Source: Bacteroidia bacterium
GTDB lineage: Bacteria > Bacteroidota > Bacteroidia > 2-12-FULL-35-15
Assembly (NCBI GenBank): GCA_036170695.1
Contig: JAVHPR010000148.1
Coordinates: 1-50,641, forward strand
Length of the DNA stretch: 50,641 nucleotides
Direction: 5' to 3'
The notes under the pieces are model-generated. The model searched no databases, was not told the DNA's origin, and saw only the letters and a list, made by a program, of their open reading frames with translations. The position numbers and the translations under genes were made by a program. This document shows, in pieces, positions 43,453-50,641 of this stretch; the stretch's first letter is position 1; the number at the start of each line of letters is the position of its first letter.

Positions 43453-44574
43453 ATGTCAAAAATAAAAATCATATTAATAGGTTTTCTGATTCCAATAAGT
43501 CAACTGATTTTCGCCCAAACAACTGTTGTTGATAGTATTTTTACCGGGGGAATGTATCGTTCATATCGATTGTATATCCCCGCTGTCTTCACGGGATTAA
43601 CTCCACGTCCGTTAATCCTGGATTTCCATGGCTATACCTCAAATGCTACCTACGAACAGATGTATTCCAACTTTGCTCCGGTAGCCGACACTGCTAATTT
43701 CTTAGTTGTTTACCCACAAGGTACTTTTTTAAACGGACAAACTTATTGGAATGCCGGCATATCAAATACAGATGTAAATGATGTTCAATTTATACTGGAT
43801 TTGATAGGTGTTTTGGAAAATAATTATGCTATTGATCACAATAAAGTTTATTCCTGCGGTTTGAGTAATGGTGGATTTATGAGCCATACATTAGGTTGCG
43901 AATTAAATAATAAAATTGCGGCTATTGCATCGGTTGCAGGGAGTATGTTTTATTCGCAATACAACAATTGTTGGACCAACAGAGCTGTCCCTGTAATGCA
44001 AATAGGCGGTACTGCTGATGCAATAGTTCCATATAATGGTACAGCAACGATGCTTCCCATTGATTCGGTAATAAAGTATTGGGCATTTAAAGATAATTGT
44101 AATCCTACTCCTCAAATAGACACCGTTCCGGATATAAACACCACAGATGGCTGTACAGCGGTTCACTATACTTTTAGCACTGGAACTGCAGGATCAACAT
44201 GTGAATTATATAAAGTCTTGGGTGGGGGGCATACCTGGCCCGGGTCACCTTATGTGTTAGGAGTAACAAATCAGGATTTTAACGCCTCCCTGCAAATGTG
44301 GATGTTTTTTAGAAAATATAAATTAAATCAATTTGTTGGAATAGATGAACTGGGAAATGCTGATGATATCAACCTGTATCCTAATCCTTCTACCAACCTT
44401 GTAAATATTGATGGTGAACAAATTAAAACAATTTCGATTATGGATTTGAATGGCAGATTATTAATTGAAACCAAGGAAACACAAATTGATATTTCATCCC
44501 TTGCAAAAGGAATTTATTCTGTTATTATTGTTTCCGGAAATAATCGTTCTGTCAAAAAACTGGTAAAATTTTAA
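43453..44574 (+). CDS. secreted esterase (PHB-depolymerase/LpqC-like alpha/beta hydrolase) with T9SS C-terminal sorting domain
   Basis: It has a signal peptide, the nucleophile elbow GLSNGG and GGGHTWPG. The C-terminal ~75 aa (NLYPNPSTNLVNI...LAKGIYSVIIVSGNNRSVKKLVKF) form a type-A T9SS CTD. Confidence 0.75.
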   Translation: MSKIKIILIGFLIPISQLIFAQTTVVDSIFTGGMYRSYRLYIPAVFTGLTPRPLILDFHGYTSNATYEQMYSNFAPVADTANFLVVYPQGTFLNGQTYWNAGISNTDVNDVQFILDLIGVLENNYAIDHNKVYSCGLSNGGFMSHTLGCELNNKIAAIASVAGSMFYSQYNNCWTNRAVPVMQIGGTADAIVPYNGTATMLPIDSVIKYWAFKDNCNPTPQIDTVPDINTTDGCTAVHYTFSTGTAGSTCELYKVLGGGHTWPGSPYVLGVTNQDFNASLQMWMFFRKYKLNQFVGIDELGNADDINLYPNPSTNLVNIDGEQIKTISIMDLNGRLLIETKETQIDISSLAKGIYSVIIVSGNNRSVKKLVKF

Positions 44575-44620
44575 TTTATTCGAGACCTTGTTTTTCGTGG
44601 TATTACTATTGAAAATTAAA

Positions 44621-44665
44621 ATCTTTACAAAACGAGATTGCTGTTCGTTTTGTAAAGATTTTTTA
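44621..44665. terminator. bidirectional rho-independent terminator between convergent genes
   Basis: 15-bp stem ATCTTTACAAAACGA / TCGTTTTGTAAAGAT with an A-run upstream and a T-run downstream. Confidence 0.8.
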
Positions 44666-44677
44666 ATGTTTCACAAA

Positions 44678-45295
44678 CTATTTTGAACCTGCCACCACAT
44701 TAACGTTCAATTCAAAATCATCGCTTATAGCCTTATCTCCTAAGCTCTCAAAAAAACTTGCTGAACCGTATTTCATATCAAATTTAGTACGGTTTATAGT
44801 TATCTTTGCAATTACAACCAATGTTTTTTCATCCATTCTGATTTTTGCCGGAAAGGTAATTTCATTGGTGATACCTTTAATAGTAAGTTTTCCGGTTACA
44901 ATATAATCATTACCGCCAACTAATGCTGGATCCAATATTACTTTAGTAATTTCAATTTTTGATGTTGGATTTTTTACAACACCGAAAAACTCTTCCGATT
45001 TTAAATGCCCAATCAATTTACCATTATAGTCTTTATCTGTTAAATCTGTGCAGGTAATTGAATTCATATCAAACTCAACAGTTCCGCGAGTGATAGTATT
45101 GTGATCATTTATAATCGTCCCTTTTGAAATACTGATTTTGCCTTCATGCTGCCCGGTTACTTTTTTACCTAACCAGGTAACTGTTGTTGCTTTAGTATCA
45201 ATGGTATACGTTGTTACGTTTTTTTTTGGTGTTGTAAATGCAAATGCTGTTATTGCAGCTGCCGCAATAAAGCCCATGGTGATTGTTTTTGTCAT
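44678..45295 (-). CDS. YceI-family periplasmic protein
   Basis: 205 aa with a signal peptide. TVTWLGKKVTGQHEGKI and LTIKGITNEITFPA are typical of YceI-like domains. Confidence 0.72.
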   Translation of the reverse strand: MTKTITMGFIAAAAITAFAFTTPKKNVTTYTIDTKATTVTWLGKKVTGQHEGKISISKGTIINDHNTITRGTVEFDMNSITCTDLTDKDYNGKLIGHLKSEEFFGVVKNPTSKIEITKVILDPALVGGNDYIVTGKLTIKGITNEITFPAKIRMDEKTLVVIAKITINRTKFDMKYGSASFFESLGDKAISDDFELNVNVVAGSK

Positions 45296-45299
45296 TGTT

Positions 45300-45343
45300 T
45301 TTAGATTGATTTTAGATTGATTTTAGATTGATTTTAGATTGAG
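45300..45343. repeat. 11-nt tandem repeat x4 (TTTAGATTGAT)
   Basis: Counted directly. It starts 4 nt upstream of the yceI-like ATG. Confidence 0.9.
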
Positions 45344-45364
45344 TAATATTTTCCGGAGCACAAA

Positions 45365-45382
45365 TGTATGTATATACATACA
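45365..45382. repeat. perfect 18-bp palindrome TGTATGTATATACATACA
   Basis: Checked by reverse-complementing. It lies between the msrB stop and the yceI-like start. Confidence 0.9.
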
Positions 45383-45520
45383 ATATTGCAAATTTATTTT
45401 CTAGATGAAATTTAAAAGCCGCTTAATTAACCACTAATCAAAAGCTGGCAATGATAATATAGGTTGATTATGAAAAAAAGAGTCTTTGGAGTAACGTTCA
45501 GCAGTTTGGTAATTGCCGTT

Positions 45521-46006
45521 TTACTTCTTAAATTCAATAGAAATAGAATTAATGCAATATCGCAACCCTTTAGGAGCAGGGCCGTCATCAAAAACGTGAC
45601 CAAGATGTCCCCCGCATTTCGCGCATGTAATTTCAGTACGTTCCATTCCCAGCGTATTGTCTTTTGTATAAACAACTTTAGCAGAATCAAGAACATCTGA
45701 AAAGCTTGGCCATCCGCAGCCAGCATCAAATTTATTCTCTGACTTAAACAACTCCTCTCCACAGGCTGCACAAACATAAACACCTTTTTCATTATGTAAA
45801 TAATATTTCCCGGTGAAAGGCCTTTCAGTGCCCTTATTGCGTAGCACCTCAAATTGCTCCTGACTCAGCACTTTTTTCCATTCTTCATCAGTTTTCATTG
45901 CTTTATTCTTCATTGTGTCTTTAGTTTGGTTTATTTGATTGTTTTGACTTTCCCCTTTGCAGGCTATTAAAAGAAGAGAAATTAAAACATAAATTAGGTA
46001 TCTCAT
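45521..46006 (-). CDS. msrB: peptide-methionine (R)-S-oxide reductase, lipoprotein form
   Basis: 161 aa with a lipobox LIAC, two zinc CxxC pairs (CAACGEEL, CAKCGGHLGHVFDDGP) and GCGWPSF. Confidence 0.9.
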   Translation of the reverse strand: MRYLIYVLISLLLIACKGESQNNQINQTKDTMKNKAMKTDEEWKKVLSQEQFEVLRNKGTERPFTGKYYLHNEKGVYVCAACGEELFKSENKFDAGCGWPSFSDVLDSAKVVYTKDNTLGMERTEITCAKCGGHLGHVFDDGPAPKGLRYCINSISIEFKK

Positions 46007-46225
46007 GGAAGGAATGATATTTATGAATCAAGCTTTGTAAGTCCTATAATCACATCAGAATGATTTATTGGGAATAATTTACCCAACAGGGCGGAGTTTT
46101 TTTTGCCGCAAGACAAAAAGATTGAACTCTGCGACAAATAATTTGCAATGAAAGCCGGAGTTATTTTTTTGATTCAATGCTTTACGGAATAATTTTTCAT
46201 GTTAACGAACTCGTATAAGGCAGCT

Positions 46226-46669
46226 TTAATCATCTGAGGGCTCAGGTGCTTTTTCAAAACCGGCTTTTTTAGGCTTAATCTTTTTTATAAACAACACATT
46301 GATCAGATCATCCTCAAACGTTACAATAGTTTTTGACATACCGTTGGTGATAGTTACAGGCTCCTCAAAACGCAATTTTTTCTTTATCAATGAATAAGTA
46401 CCATCTTCCAGCTTAGTGTACATCGCAATTATTTTGCCGGCTTTCACATCGCATTTACCATTAAAACACTCTGCATCGCTCCCGTTTCTGAATGTAATAA
46501 TTACATCCGAATATGTTCCATCAGGTATTTCTTCCGCACCACGGGTTTCAAACTTTTGTGCCCATTTTAAATAGCAATTCGATTCGTCATCATTTTTTTT
46601 ACTCGACTGAGCATAAATGGCAAAGGCAGCATTAATAAATATAGTGAGGGTAATAATTATTTTTTTCAT
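46226..46669 (-). CDS. hypothetical secreted protein
   Basis: It has a signal peptide (MKKIIITLTIFINAAFAIYAQ) and no recognisable family. The start could be 46675 or 46669. Confidence 0.55.
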   Translation of the reverse strand: MKKIIITLTIFINAAFAIYAQSSKKNDDESNCYLKWAQKFETRGAEEIPDGTYSDVIITFRNGSDAECFNGKCDVKAGKIIAMYTKLEDGTYSLIKKKLRFEEPVTITNGMSKTIVTFEDDLINVLFIKKIKPKKAGFEKAPEPSDD

Positions 46670-46869
46670 ATCCACAGAATTACATGTGTAAATTAATTAT
46701 AATATTTTGGTAAATGTATAAATTATAAACAATAATTTCAAATGTTATTCCAAAAGAGCTTAATTTTATCCTTAGTTATGGAATGAAATAATTTCAGACA
46801 TATTGATTGTAAGATTTGGTGATTTTAATTCTAAAACTCAGAAGCTTTGAAACTCAAAAAATATTTATT

Positions 46870-47442
46870 ATGAGCAAATCTATTATTGAAAACAATTTTA
46901 TAGAAGCAAAGCAACTGTTAGATCAGTTTATTGCCGAGCCGGAAAATATAAAAGCTATTGAAACAGCCGGCAAAATATTAGTTAAAGCTTTTAAAAGAGG
47001 TAATAAAGTTATTTCCTGTGGTAATGGAGGTTCTATGTGCGATGCCATGCACTTTGCCGAAGAGTTAAGTGGTCGTTTTCGGGAAGATAGAAAAGCATTG
47101 CCTGCAATTTCAATTTCTGACCCCTCTCATATTTCATGCGTTGCCAATGATTATGGATACGATAAAATTTTTTCACGATATATTGAAGCTTTTGGAAACA
47201 AGGGTGATGTATTGCTTGCCATCAGTACCAGTGGTAATTCAAAGAATATCATCAACGCCATTAATGCCGCCTCACAAAAGGGAATGACGATTATTGGATT
47301 AACTGGAAAAAGCGGCGGCAAAATGGCAACTTTATGCGATGTTGAAATCCGGGCGCCACATAGCCAATACGCCGACAGGGCTCAGGAAATACATATCAAA
47401 GTAATCCATTCCCTAATTCATTATGTTGAGGTTACGATGTAA
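46870..47442 (+). CDS. gmhA: D-sedoheptulose-7-phosphate isomerase (SIS domain)
   Basis: ATG 46870 (MSKSIIENN). Motifs: [25 protein letters not shown], and the HIKVIH tail. Confidence 0.88.
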   Translation: MSKSIIENNFIEAKQLLDQFIAEPENIKAIETAGKILVKAFKRGNKVISCGNGGSMCDAMHFAEELSGRFREDRKALPAISISDPSHISCVANDYGYDKIFSRYIEAFGNKGDVLLAISTSGNSKNIINAINAASQKGMTIIGLTGKSGGKMATLCDVEIRAPHSQYADRAQEIHIKVIHSLIHYVEVTM

Positions 47443-47548
47443 ATGATGTTATGGGATATGAGTATAAACGTCCATGTAACTTAGGTGCTGTTGGGCGTAC
47501 ACAAGCCGTAAAGTTCTGCTTTCAATTTTTCTGCGCAACTGTCAGTTG

Positions 47549-48451
47549 TTACGATAATAATGTGATACCTGTCAAATTTGCTTGATTGCTTTTCAAAAAT
47601 GCATAGGTTATTTTATCCACTTTACAGTCAATAAACTGCACTCGTTTAAATTTCTTGTTGTTTTTAAAGAATGTGTTTATTAGTGTTGCATTTTGGAATT
47701 TGACTCCATAAAAGGCACAGTTTTCAAAAAAACAGCCATCCAAAGTACCTTCAAAAACAATGTCTTGAATCGCCATTTCAATAAAAGACGTGCTATTCCA
47801 CTTTGCACTTACAATTGTGTTTTTCATGAAGGTACTGGATTGAAATGTCGTCGTGGTAAAATCGGCATCAGAGAAATCGCAGGTGTTGATATTACTTTTT
47901 GAAAATTCAGTTTCTTTTAGTGAACAGTTTTTAAATATATTGTTTCCTAAGTTAGAACTCTGAATTTGGCTGTTGCTGATGTCGGAATCCGTGAAGTCAC
48001 AGCCGTCAATATTATTATTATTTAGAATAAGTTCCGACATATTTGAACCGATAAACAAACATCTCTGCATATTGGAGGAACTGAATTTTTCGTGCAGATT
48101 TTTCAATCCTGAAAAGTCACTGTCTACCAAGTTCAACTTTGACATATCCCAGTTAAGTTTTTTCTTTTGCTCACTAGCAGGTGATTCAGTCTGCTGTTTT
48201 GTCAAAGACTCAATGTTTGTAACTTCAGTGTCTGCAGATTGGAAGCGCTCTGAAAAATAGTTAAGGTCAACACCAAGAATTTTAGCAAGACGGCTTAAAG
48301 TAGTGATGTCTGGCATTGATTCACCACGTTCCCACTTTCCGACTGCTTGAGAACTGATAGATACTTGCTGCGCAAGTTCTGCCTGTGAAAGATTAGTTTT
48401 CTTTCGTGCCGAGGCAATTTTATTGCCAATTGATTTTGAATTTAGCATCAT
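47549..48451 (-). CDS. XRE-family HTH fused to pentapeptide-repeat domain
   Basis: N-terminal HTH: IGNKIASARKKTNLSQAELAQQVSISSQAVGKWERGES. The C-terminal ~190 aa are built of A(D/N)LxX-like quintets (CDFTDSDISNSQIQSSNLGNNIFKNCSLKETEFSKSNINTCDFSDADFTTTTF). I prefer ATG 48451 because a -7 box lies inside the longer track ORF. Confidence 0.75.
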   Translation of the reverse strand: MMLNSKSIGNKIASARKKTNLSQAELAQQVSISSQAVGKWERGESMPDITTLSRLAKILGVDLNYFSERFQSADTEVTNIESLTKQQTESPASEQKKKLNWDMSKLNLVDSDFSGLKNLHEKFSSSNMQRCLFIGSNMSELILNNNNIDGCDFTDSDISNSQIQSSNLGNNIFKNCSLKETEFSKSNINTCDFSDADFTTTTFQSSTFMKNTIVSAKWNSTSFIEMAIQDIVFEGTLDGCFFENCAFYGVKFQNATLINTFFKNNKKFKRVQFIDCKVDKITYAFLKSNQANLTGITLLS

Positions 48452-48474
48452 ATTATTTAGTTTTTTTGATGCTG

Positions 48475-48482
48475 CAAAGTTA
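48475..48482 (-). promoter_or_regulatory. putative -7 box (TAACTTTG)
   Basis: TAnnTTTG match 23 nt upstream of ATG 48451. Confidence 0.45.
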
Positions 48483-48516
48483 TTTTGTCTTGTCACCATA
48501 ATGCAAAAATAATCAG

Positions 48517-48579
48517 CTACTTATAGTTGTAATTACGCTACTTTTAGTTGTTATTCGACAACTGTTAGTTGTTTTGCCA
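48517..48579. promoter_or_regulatory. three phased 21-nt repeats each containing TAGTTGT (candidate operator array)
   Basis: CTACTTATAGTTGTAATTACG / CTACTTTTAGTTGTTATTCGA / CAACTGTTAGTTGTTTTGCCA. TAGTTGT starts at 48524, 48545 and 48566 (exactly 21-nt spacing). The third unit forms the palindrome ACAACTgttAGTTGT. Confidence 0.6.
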
Positions 48580-48649
48580 AATTGTGCAAGTATTGTCTTC
48601 ATAAAATTACACCCAGCAAACAAAGCATTGTCAACTACTGTGTCGTTGT

Positions 48650-48997
48650 CTACCCCCAAAAGCAAGAGTTTTTATCTTCTTTAACTAATTGTAAAAAGTC
48701 ATTCAATGATTTGACGGTTGGTTTAGGCGTATAGCTGTGCCACTTTAAATCAGCTCGGAACCAAAAAACTTTCCATTGATTCTTTGCCTTTACAAAAGTT
48801 GTTTTTGCAATATTAGATTCTGTTTTTTCTTCTGGCTTTTTCCATTTAGGTCTGATTTCAAAAATAACTACACTTTGTTCATCAATCCTATAACTCAAAT
48901 CCACTTGGTTTCTTATATTTTCAGGTGGCCTTACACTGTCTATAAAATTTTCCATTGCCTCTATTACTGCTAATGTTTGAATGCCTTCTATTGCCAT
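48650..48997 (-). CDS. DUF3024-family protein
   Basis: 115-aa product from ATG 48997. VRPPENIRNQVDLSYRIDEQSVVIFEIRPKWKKPE and WKVFWFRADLKWHSY are recalled as the DUF3024 pattern. Confidence 0.6.
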   Translation of the reverse strand: MAIEGIQTLAVIEAMENFIDSVRPPENIRNQVDLSYRIDEQSVVIFEIRPKWKKPEEKTESNIAKTTFVKAKNQWKVFWFRADLKWHSYTPKPTVKSLNDFLQLVKEDKNSCFWG

Positions 48998-49182
48998 TTT
49001 TTTATTTTTTATACGCAAATGTCGATATTTTTTTGTCACGAGGTCTTACGACTTAGTAAACATAATTCGTAAAAATATATTTTCATTTTCCTGCGCCATA
49101 GTCTGCATTACATTCTTGAAACTTGCAGCCAACATCAAAAATGCACCCGTCTAGTGTCATGTCAATCGTGAAATATCCTAAA

Positions 49183-49237
49183 GTCATGCTGAACTTGTTT
49201 CAGCATCCATAAGATTCCGAAACAAGTTCGGAATGAC
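49183..49237. repeat. family-B hairpin repeat
   Basis: GTCATGCTGAACTTGTTTCAGCATC ... GATTCCGAAACAAGTTCGGAATGAC, with arms GAACTTGTTTC/GAAACAAGTTC. Confidence 0.8.
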
Positions 49238-49413
49238 CAACAATGCGACAAAACAAACTTGACTTGACACTAGCATATTTCACCCTTATGGGAAATTGAT
49301 GATTAAAATTGTCATTAATTTTTATCTCCATTTTTTATGATAACAAGCTCATTATTAGTAATTCAAGTGAACAATTTATGCTCCCATCGTAATTAAAAAA
49401 CCTGTTTTTTTAT

Positions 49414-49421
49414 TATCTTTG
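49414..49421 (+). promoter_or_regulatory. putative -7 box (TATCTTTG)
   Basis: TAnnTTTG match 52 nt upstream of ATG 49474. Confidence 0.4.
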
Positions 49422-49473
49422 TGCCCTCAAATTAAAATTGAATATGAAACTTTAAAATCAAGATAAAACCAAA

Positions 49474-50641
49474 ATGAAAAAAATAAGAATTATCGAAAAG
49501 AAAATCACAAGGTTGATTTTTATTTTTTTATTTTTAATGATAGGCGCATTTACTATCAATGCGCAAACCATCACATCTAACAGCTCGGGAGGAGACTGGA
49601 GTTCAACAGCAACGTGGATTGGCGGAGTTGTTCCAACGGCTGGCAGTAATGTTATTATCAATGCAACTGTTTATGCAGATGGTAACGTGTCGTGTAATAA
49701 CCTGACAATCAATTCAGGAGCAATTCTTTATAACAAATTTGCCTATAGCATTACCGTTTCGGCTGATGGTGCGGTTATTAATAATGGCTCGGTTCTGAAT
49801 AACCCCGGAGGTTATACGCTATCAATGAGTATTAAGGGTAATATCACCAATAATGGTATATGGAATGTGAATTTAACCACCTTAACCGGTTCCCTCAATC
49901 AGGGGGTTCAGGAAGCTTCCGGTAAATTTTTTGAAGGTCCCGTCAGTATGTCTGATTCCATTGGCGATGTTGTATTGAATAGCAATGTAATGCTCAAGGG
50001 AAGCACATTCAACCTGAACAGAACAAAGCTTGTAACAAACGGATTTAAGTTGCAAACAAAAGATTATTTTGTAAAAAACGGGTATGTGTTGTCGAACGAC
50101 ACCATGTTACTTGATAATTCGGATATTGAAACGATGAACTTTTCAGGTGATTATAAATTAAACGGAAATGTTTATTCAAGATCGGCTAATGTTTTTAATG
50201 GCAATTGTACCATCCTCGACACGCTCTTTAATAAATTCGCGTATTCAAACACCGTTCAGGTAAAAGGAAGTATCATTAATAAGGGCACTATAAAAAATAA
50301 CCCTTCGGGATATGCTTTCTATCTTGATATTACCGGTAATATCCGCAATGAAGGAATATGGAATCTGAATGCGACCAATTTGGTTGGAACAGCTGATCAA
50401 ACCATCCAACAAACACCAGGTAAGCGTTTTGAAGGGCCAATGAATACTACCGATTCTATTGGTGATATACTACTTGGCAGTAATGTAATGCTCGAATCCA
50501 ACACCTGGAATATGGGCAATGCAAAGCTGATTACAAACGGCTTTAAATTAACATCGAATGCCTGCACTTTAATCAACGGTAAAATCATCTCGAACGACAC
50601 TATGATTTTAGATAATTCGGCAATTCAAAACATGAGATTTT
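49474..50641 (+). CDS. large secreted repetitive protein (beta-helix/adhesin-like), 5' partial - runs off the window
   Basis: It is absent from the ORF track because it has no stop. I translated it by hand with no stop in 389 codons. It has a signal peptide (MKKIRIIEKKITRLIFIFLFLMIGAFTINAQ), then SGGDWSSTATWIGGVVPTAGSNVII, then 166-aa repeats. Confidence 0.75.
   Translation, partial: MKKIRIIEKKITRLIFIFLFLMIGAFTINAQTITSNSSGGDWSSTATWIGGVVPTAGSNVIINATVYADGNVSCNNLTINSGAILYNKFAYSITVSADGAVINNGSVLNNPGGYTLSMSIKGNITNNGIWNVNLTTLTGSLNQGVQEASGKFFEGPVSMSDSIGDVVLNSNVMLKGSTFNLNRTKLVTNGFKLQTKDYFVKNGYVLSNDTMLLDNSDIETMNFSGDYKLNGNVYSRSANVFNGNCTILDTLFNKFAYSNTVQVKGSIINKGTIKNNPSGYAFYLDITGNIRNEGIWNLNATNLVGTADQTIQQTPGKRFEGPMNTTDSIGDILLGSNVMLESNTWNMGNAKLITNGFKLTSNACTLINGKIISNDTMILDNSAIQNMRF
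49732..50641 (+). repeat. 498-nt (166-aa) tandem coding repeats, 1.8 copies visible
   Basis: NKFAYSITV...GIWNVNLTTL...GKFFEGP...DSIGDVVL...KLVTNGFKL...SNDTMLLDNSDIE (from 49732) is repeated as NKFAYSNTV...GIWNLNATNL...GKRFEGP...DSIGDILL...KLITNGFKL...SNDTMILDNSAIQ (from 50230). Confidence 0.85.

Noticed and set aside
45427-45852. 141-aa - strand ORF overlapping msrB in another frame
   Set aside because: The msrB frame (45521-46006) carries all conserved MsrB motifs, and the alternative frame has none.

Overview
This is an AT-rich chromosomal segment (by eye, mid-30s % GC) from a gliding, T9SS-bearing member of the Bacteroidota. The phylum call rests on gldF/gldG, a T9SS C-terminal sorting domain, and TAnnTTTG -7 promoter boxes. 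I support about 46 protein genes and one tRNA-Phe(GAA). I saw no rRNA, CRISPR, transposase or integrase. Most genes are housekeeping: gatB, two TlpA-like redoxins flanking an M1 metallopeptidase, guanine and adenine deaminases, a YhhN protein, an ALDH, an isoaspartyl peptidase, hemN with an Fnr-like regulator, recX, murB, lysA, lysC, gldFG, dnaN, msrB and gmhA. The unusual content is as follows. (i) A 2.8-kb toxin-antitoxin islet (15.95-18.74 kb) lies beside tRNA-Phe and is bounded by ~40-bp direct repeats. It holds two paralogous ParE/RelE-type modules and an XRE-HTH + Panacea(DUF4065)-like antitoxin overlapping an unclassified 114-aa toxin candidate. (ii) A conserved but functionally undefined envelope cluster runs SpoIIM-like / membrane protein / DUF4129 / DUF4350 / MoxR / DUF58, with a divergent RDD gene. 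Its intergenic gaps are filled with 7-nt tandem arrays and one 8-nt array that reads as a chain of overlapping Met-Cys-stop mini-ORFs. (iii) The same kind of heptamer arrays sit in-frame inside lysA. (iv) BIME/MITE-like inverted pairs of GC-rich hairpin repeats exactly fill intercistronic gaps and also build the 5' end of one ORF. (v) An XRE-HTH/pentapeptide-repeat fusion lies next to a DUF3024 gene, preceded by three phased 21-nt repeats. (vi) The 5' part of a large secreted protein with 166-aa repeats runs off the right edge. All family assignments come from reading the translated ORFs and recalling motifs; no searches were run.
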